This document shows, piece after piece, positions 60,201-64,000 of a stretch of DNA of 64,000 bases (its first letter is position 1; every line of letters starts with the position of its first letter). The notes under the pieces are model-generated. The model did no database searches and was not told where the DNA came from. It was given only the letters and a program-made list of their open reading frames with translations. Where the stretch lies: NCBI GenBank assembly GCA_046563655.1, contig CM102284.1:7130001-7194000 (forward strand), given 5' to 3'. This DNA comes from Yuukianura sp. NJ FZ-2021. Lineage: Eukaryota. The position numbers and the translations under genes are program-made.

Positions 60201-63200
60201 AACATAGCCAAAACCACCATCTTCCTTCAAAAACCTAACATCAACGTAACCTAAGAAAAAGAGTTTCAACCTAACAAACTGCCTATCCTTCTCTCTTTTC
60301 CTTAGACACTTTTATGCATCACATAATCATATCCATCCTCCGCCTATAACTAACTCCCTCCTCATAAAGTCAGCCAAAAGTGGAAAGTTTAGAAGGCACT
60401 CCCTCTCCCTCCCGCCAACTTTCACCATTTATTTCACCATAACCTCAACTTAGGCCTTTCCAATACTAAATATAATAATAAAATACAATTTGTCTCTCCT
60501 TTTAAACCTAAAAGCTTCTTGCCTCAACTCCAACGACCAACAAACATAACCTAACAAAGTAGACAAGTTTCCGCTTTCTCGAAACGCGCAGGACAGTCAT
60601 TGTTTCCTTTGAATTTCACCGGAAGTTAAGGTGAGTCAACTACCGGAAGTGAAAACAACTTCAACTACTTTCTTGTTACACTTTGAACTTTACACGAGAA
60701 TCCAAACAAAAAACAACATTCTCCATTGTCCATTTTCATGAACCCGATTTGAATCAAGTTTCACCCGAAAACAAAGCTTAGGCTTTAGGTTAGTATAAAC
60801 TTAACCTAACCGATCCATAATTCAACTCTATCGCACTAAAGTGCATTGCAGCACATTCATTTTCCGAAAAACGACTTCCAAAGCCATCATTTTCCTCCAA
60901 ATGAATACTTTCTCCACTGTCCCACTCATTTTCCCGCTTTCGCGTTGTTATTTTCAAATTTAAATGCAAATCCAAATTACCAAAATCTCTAACTTCCTAA
61001 ATAATCAAAACAGCTATTAAACTTAGGCGTTGAGCCTTAGCCTGTACCCACAGCAGCTCTAATGATAATGTTACGCTTCTTTTTTTTTTCGTTTTGTGAA
61101 ATACTCTATGGAAAAATTAAGTTCTTGTTCTAAAAAGTAAGTTTTTAGAGTGAGGTAGTAACAGTCCAGAGTAGGTTGGCCATTTATGAGGGTCAAAGTA
61201 ATCGTTTGCTTCCAAAAAGAAGTTAGGAGCATGCGGATTTGAAAGTCTAGAAGCTTAAGGAACCTAGAGGAATAACGTTTTCTCCTTTCTCAGGCCACAT
61301 TATGTTTGCTTTCTCCAAAATTTAATGGACATTAAGGGACTTCCATGTTCGAACCTAAAGCAAAAAGGGGGTTGGGACTGGAAGTAAAAAAAATAATATT
61401 GAAGCGCCGGGAGTCAAAGAGGTAATTTTCTCAAAGTACATGATAACTTCCAACCGCCTATAATGCAAACACTAAATTGCGTGCTCTAAATTCACCAAGT
61501 CTCTACCGCCTCTACTAGTTACTCCCTCCACCATGAGCATAACATAGCCAGAGTACTGTCAGGCAGTTTAATCCCACCAGTTCGTCCTGGGCATTAGACT
61601 TCCAAAAAAAAACATACACGAGCGCTCAAATAACTGACTCTGAAACAGTGTTCGCAATCTAGCACTCATGTCGTGCTTCAACCATATTACATCCCATTTC
61701 ATAAAAGCAACAGCAAGTGACCAAAAAAAAAACGAAATGTGGACTTCGACTTTCACTAAATACTTTTCACTTAACGGAATTTCAAAACACCAAAAAAACT
61801 TTTTAAATCATAAACTTCGAAATACAAATAATAAACAATTCCTGTCCGGATCTGAGCAAAGTGCAATAAATCTAAAACTTTTTTAGCTTTTCTTTGTCTT
61901 GCGCAATTGAAAACGCCCGAAAACCGGAAATGAAGTCAATTAGGAAGTCAATTCAAATTGGGTTTGAATTCTTTCCAAAAATGTTGAAATCAATTCAGAA
62001 GAGCAACAGCTTTCCCTCAGGAGAAAGTGACTATTGCATAAAACTGAGCGGAAATCATTTTCGTAATTAGTCTTCAACTTTTTTTTCAAATTAACTTTAC
62101 TACTTTCTCTCTAGCAATAATCGAACTCAAATCAGGAAATTGTTACGAATGCCAATTATTTTCTTTCTAACTGATTGATGGACGAAATTTCCAAAAACAC
62201 GCAACTAGTGGTCATTCCCCTCTACCAAAATAAACTCAAACAACGAAAAAACCAAAACTTTCATGTTTTAGAAATAAAAAAAAACTCTTTCCAAAAAATT
62301 TCTCTCTACAACACATGTCCCAAAATCAAAATCGTTCCCATTTTTCTCAGAACTATTTTTGTTTCAAAGTCTTGACTTTCCCAAGCGACATTAACATTTC
62401 AGTAGTTTCCATTTCCAAATCTAATCCTACCTGCACAACTGCCACATCACCAGTGCAAAATCAATATTAACGTCATCTTCAAAAGCATCTCAACCTGAGA
62501 AGAAAAGACAAAGAAAAGCAAGAGTCTCTTCTATAATAGGAATATGATGGAACAATTTCCCACCGAAATCACAGTTATGTAAATGCAAGAAGAGGCGGGC
62601 GGAGAAGAGTCAACATCATGTAACTTCCACCACTACGACTTTCCTCCCAAATTGCTTTCACCCACAACCACACCAAAGAACTTTTCCTAAGGTAAAACCT
62701 AGCCTAACCACCTTATTTCCAGGACCTGTCTTCAACCTGATACGGAGTCTCTGTTACTATCCCTAGTCAAATATAATTAGCGTACCTCCTCCAACCACAC
62801 CAAATCCACTTTCTTCACTCCACTTTCAAAATGTCTTTGAAATTTTGGCAATAACGAAAAACGATCACCAACCAGCCTCCTCCACACTCCTGTCTCTCTT
62901 CCAAATCAGAGAAGGAGACGAAGAAAGCTTTTGTGCATAATATTTTATACTGGATTAAGTTTCTCTTCTGTTCCATCTGCTCACAGTTTCCAGTGTTCAC
63001 TAATGGACCGGAGGAGACAGAAGCCAAGAGCTTATGCATAAAAACAGTCACACTCAGGGAACTTAAGCTCATGTGAAAGTAAACAATATTTCTTCAACGT
63101 AAAAAGAGGTGTGACGGTGCAAGACTTTGTTGCAGAAGGGGACAGAAGACATAACAAAACATAGGTGGCCGCTATTAGCAATGAGGATATCCTCAAAAAA

Positions 63201-64000
63201 GAGAAAAAGCGTTTTCGACCAATTTTTACCTGCTCTCACCTCGCTTTCCTAAAAAAAAGTCAGGTTCGGCCAAGCAAAATTTAATCTCTTTTCTTCGAAA
63301 AATCCTCATTTGAGTCCTCTATCCTCAAAATGTCGCGGAACTATGCATGACAAAGTTAATTTTTCTCCCTTCTTCAATTCCTTTTCATTTGATCCTTGTA
63401 CAGCCGTGGGCTTAGCGACATTCCCACTCTAATAAATGAGACAAGGAAGGGAGGGGGTTGAATTGAAAAGAAAAAAAGTTTGGCAAGGTGACACTTTTCT
63501 CCAATTTATTTCCTCACACCCCCGCCTTTCCTTCTTAATGAATTTATACACAACAAACACGATTCTTCTAGCATAAAAACAAAAAACAACAAAAACCCAT
63601 TTTCCTATGCACCACGCTTCAAAATACTTTTCAAACTCCACGTTTTCTATTTCCTTAGATTTTTTCCAAGCCTCGGCTACAAACAACACAGAATGCGAGA
63701 TTTATTTTTATTGGAAATCTGCATTTTTACGTCCTGTTCAAAGTGACAAGACTGAATCAGTTTACAAAACACAAAACTGTAACACAAAAACAGTTCTAGT
63801 GGCAGTAGTCAAATAAATAAAAGACAGTCGACACAGATCAGATGCATTTTGAGAGCGACAAGCCGTAAAATACTCCAAAAGCTTCAAAAAACAGTCGTGT
63901 AGACACCGTTTGAATAACAAACGAAAAAAAAAATCAAGTTCCACCGCCATAAAATCCACAAACCGCATCCACATCTTTGTTATAATATTTACAACTTCAA

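Noticed and set aside
32100-64000. Dozens of 60-140 aa ORFs in the ORF track (F/K/L/S-rich)
   Set aside because: They lie in or upstream of Lar introns, reflect A/T homopolymer composition and show no recognisable domain or splice-consistent structure.

Overview
Eukaryotic, AT-rich, intron-containing genomic DNA from an arthropod, probably a non-dipteran hexapod. This is inferred from TCAGT initiators, a Lar-type phosphatase, diapausin-like peptides and an SMS1/2-type synthase. Gene order: 5' part of a ZSWIM4/5/6-like gene (minus, runs off the left edge); a SAM-less sphingomyelin synthase (+, 379 aa); a patch of non-autonomous DNA transposons and repeats; V-ATPase subunit e (+, 81 aa); a ~1020-aa zinc-finger/RG-rich/two-Tudor protein (minus) with a 374-bp foldback element upstream; and a complete 33-exon LAR receptor tyrosine phosphatase (minus, 18276-56720, ~2070 aa). 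Two results are missed by the ORF track. First, two tandem, two-exon genes for secreted six-cysteine diapausin-like peptides are nested antisense in a large Lar intron. Second, three frame-preserving candidate microexons (24, 30 and 6 nt) lie in the Lar FNIII region, two of them preceded by AG-free zones longer than 200 nt. All gene models were spliced by hand and family calls rest on remembered motifs; no searches were run.
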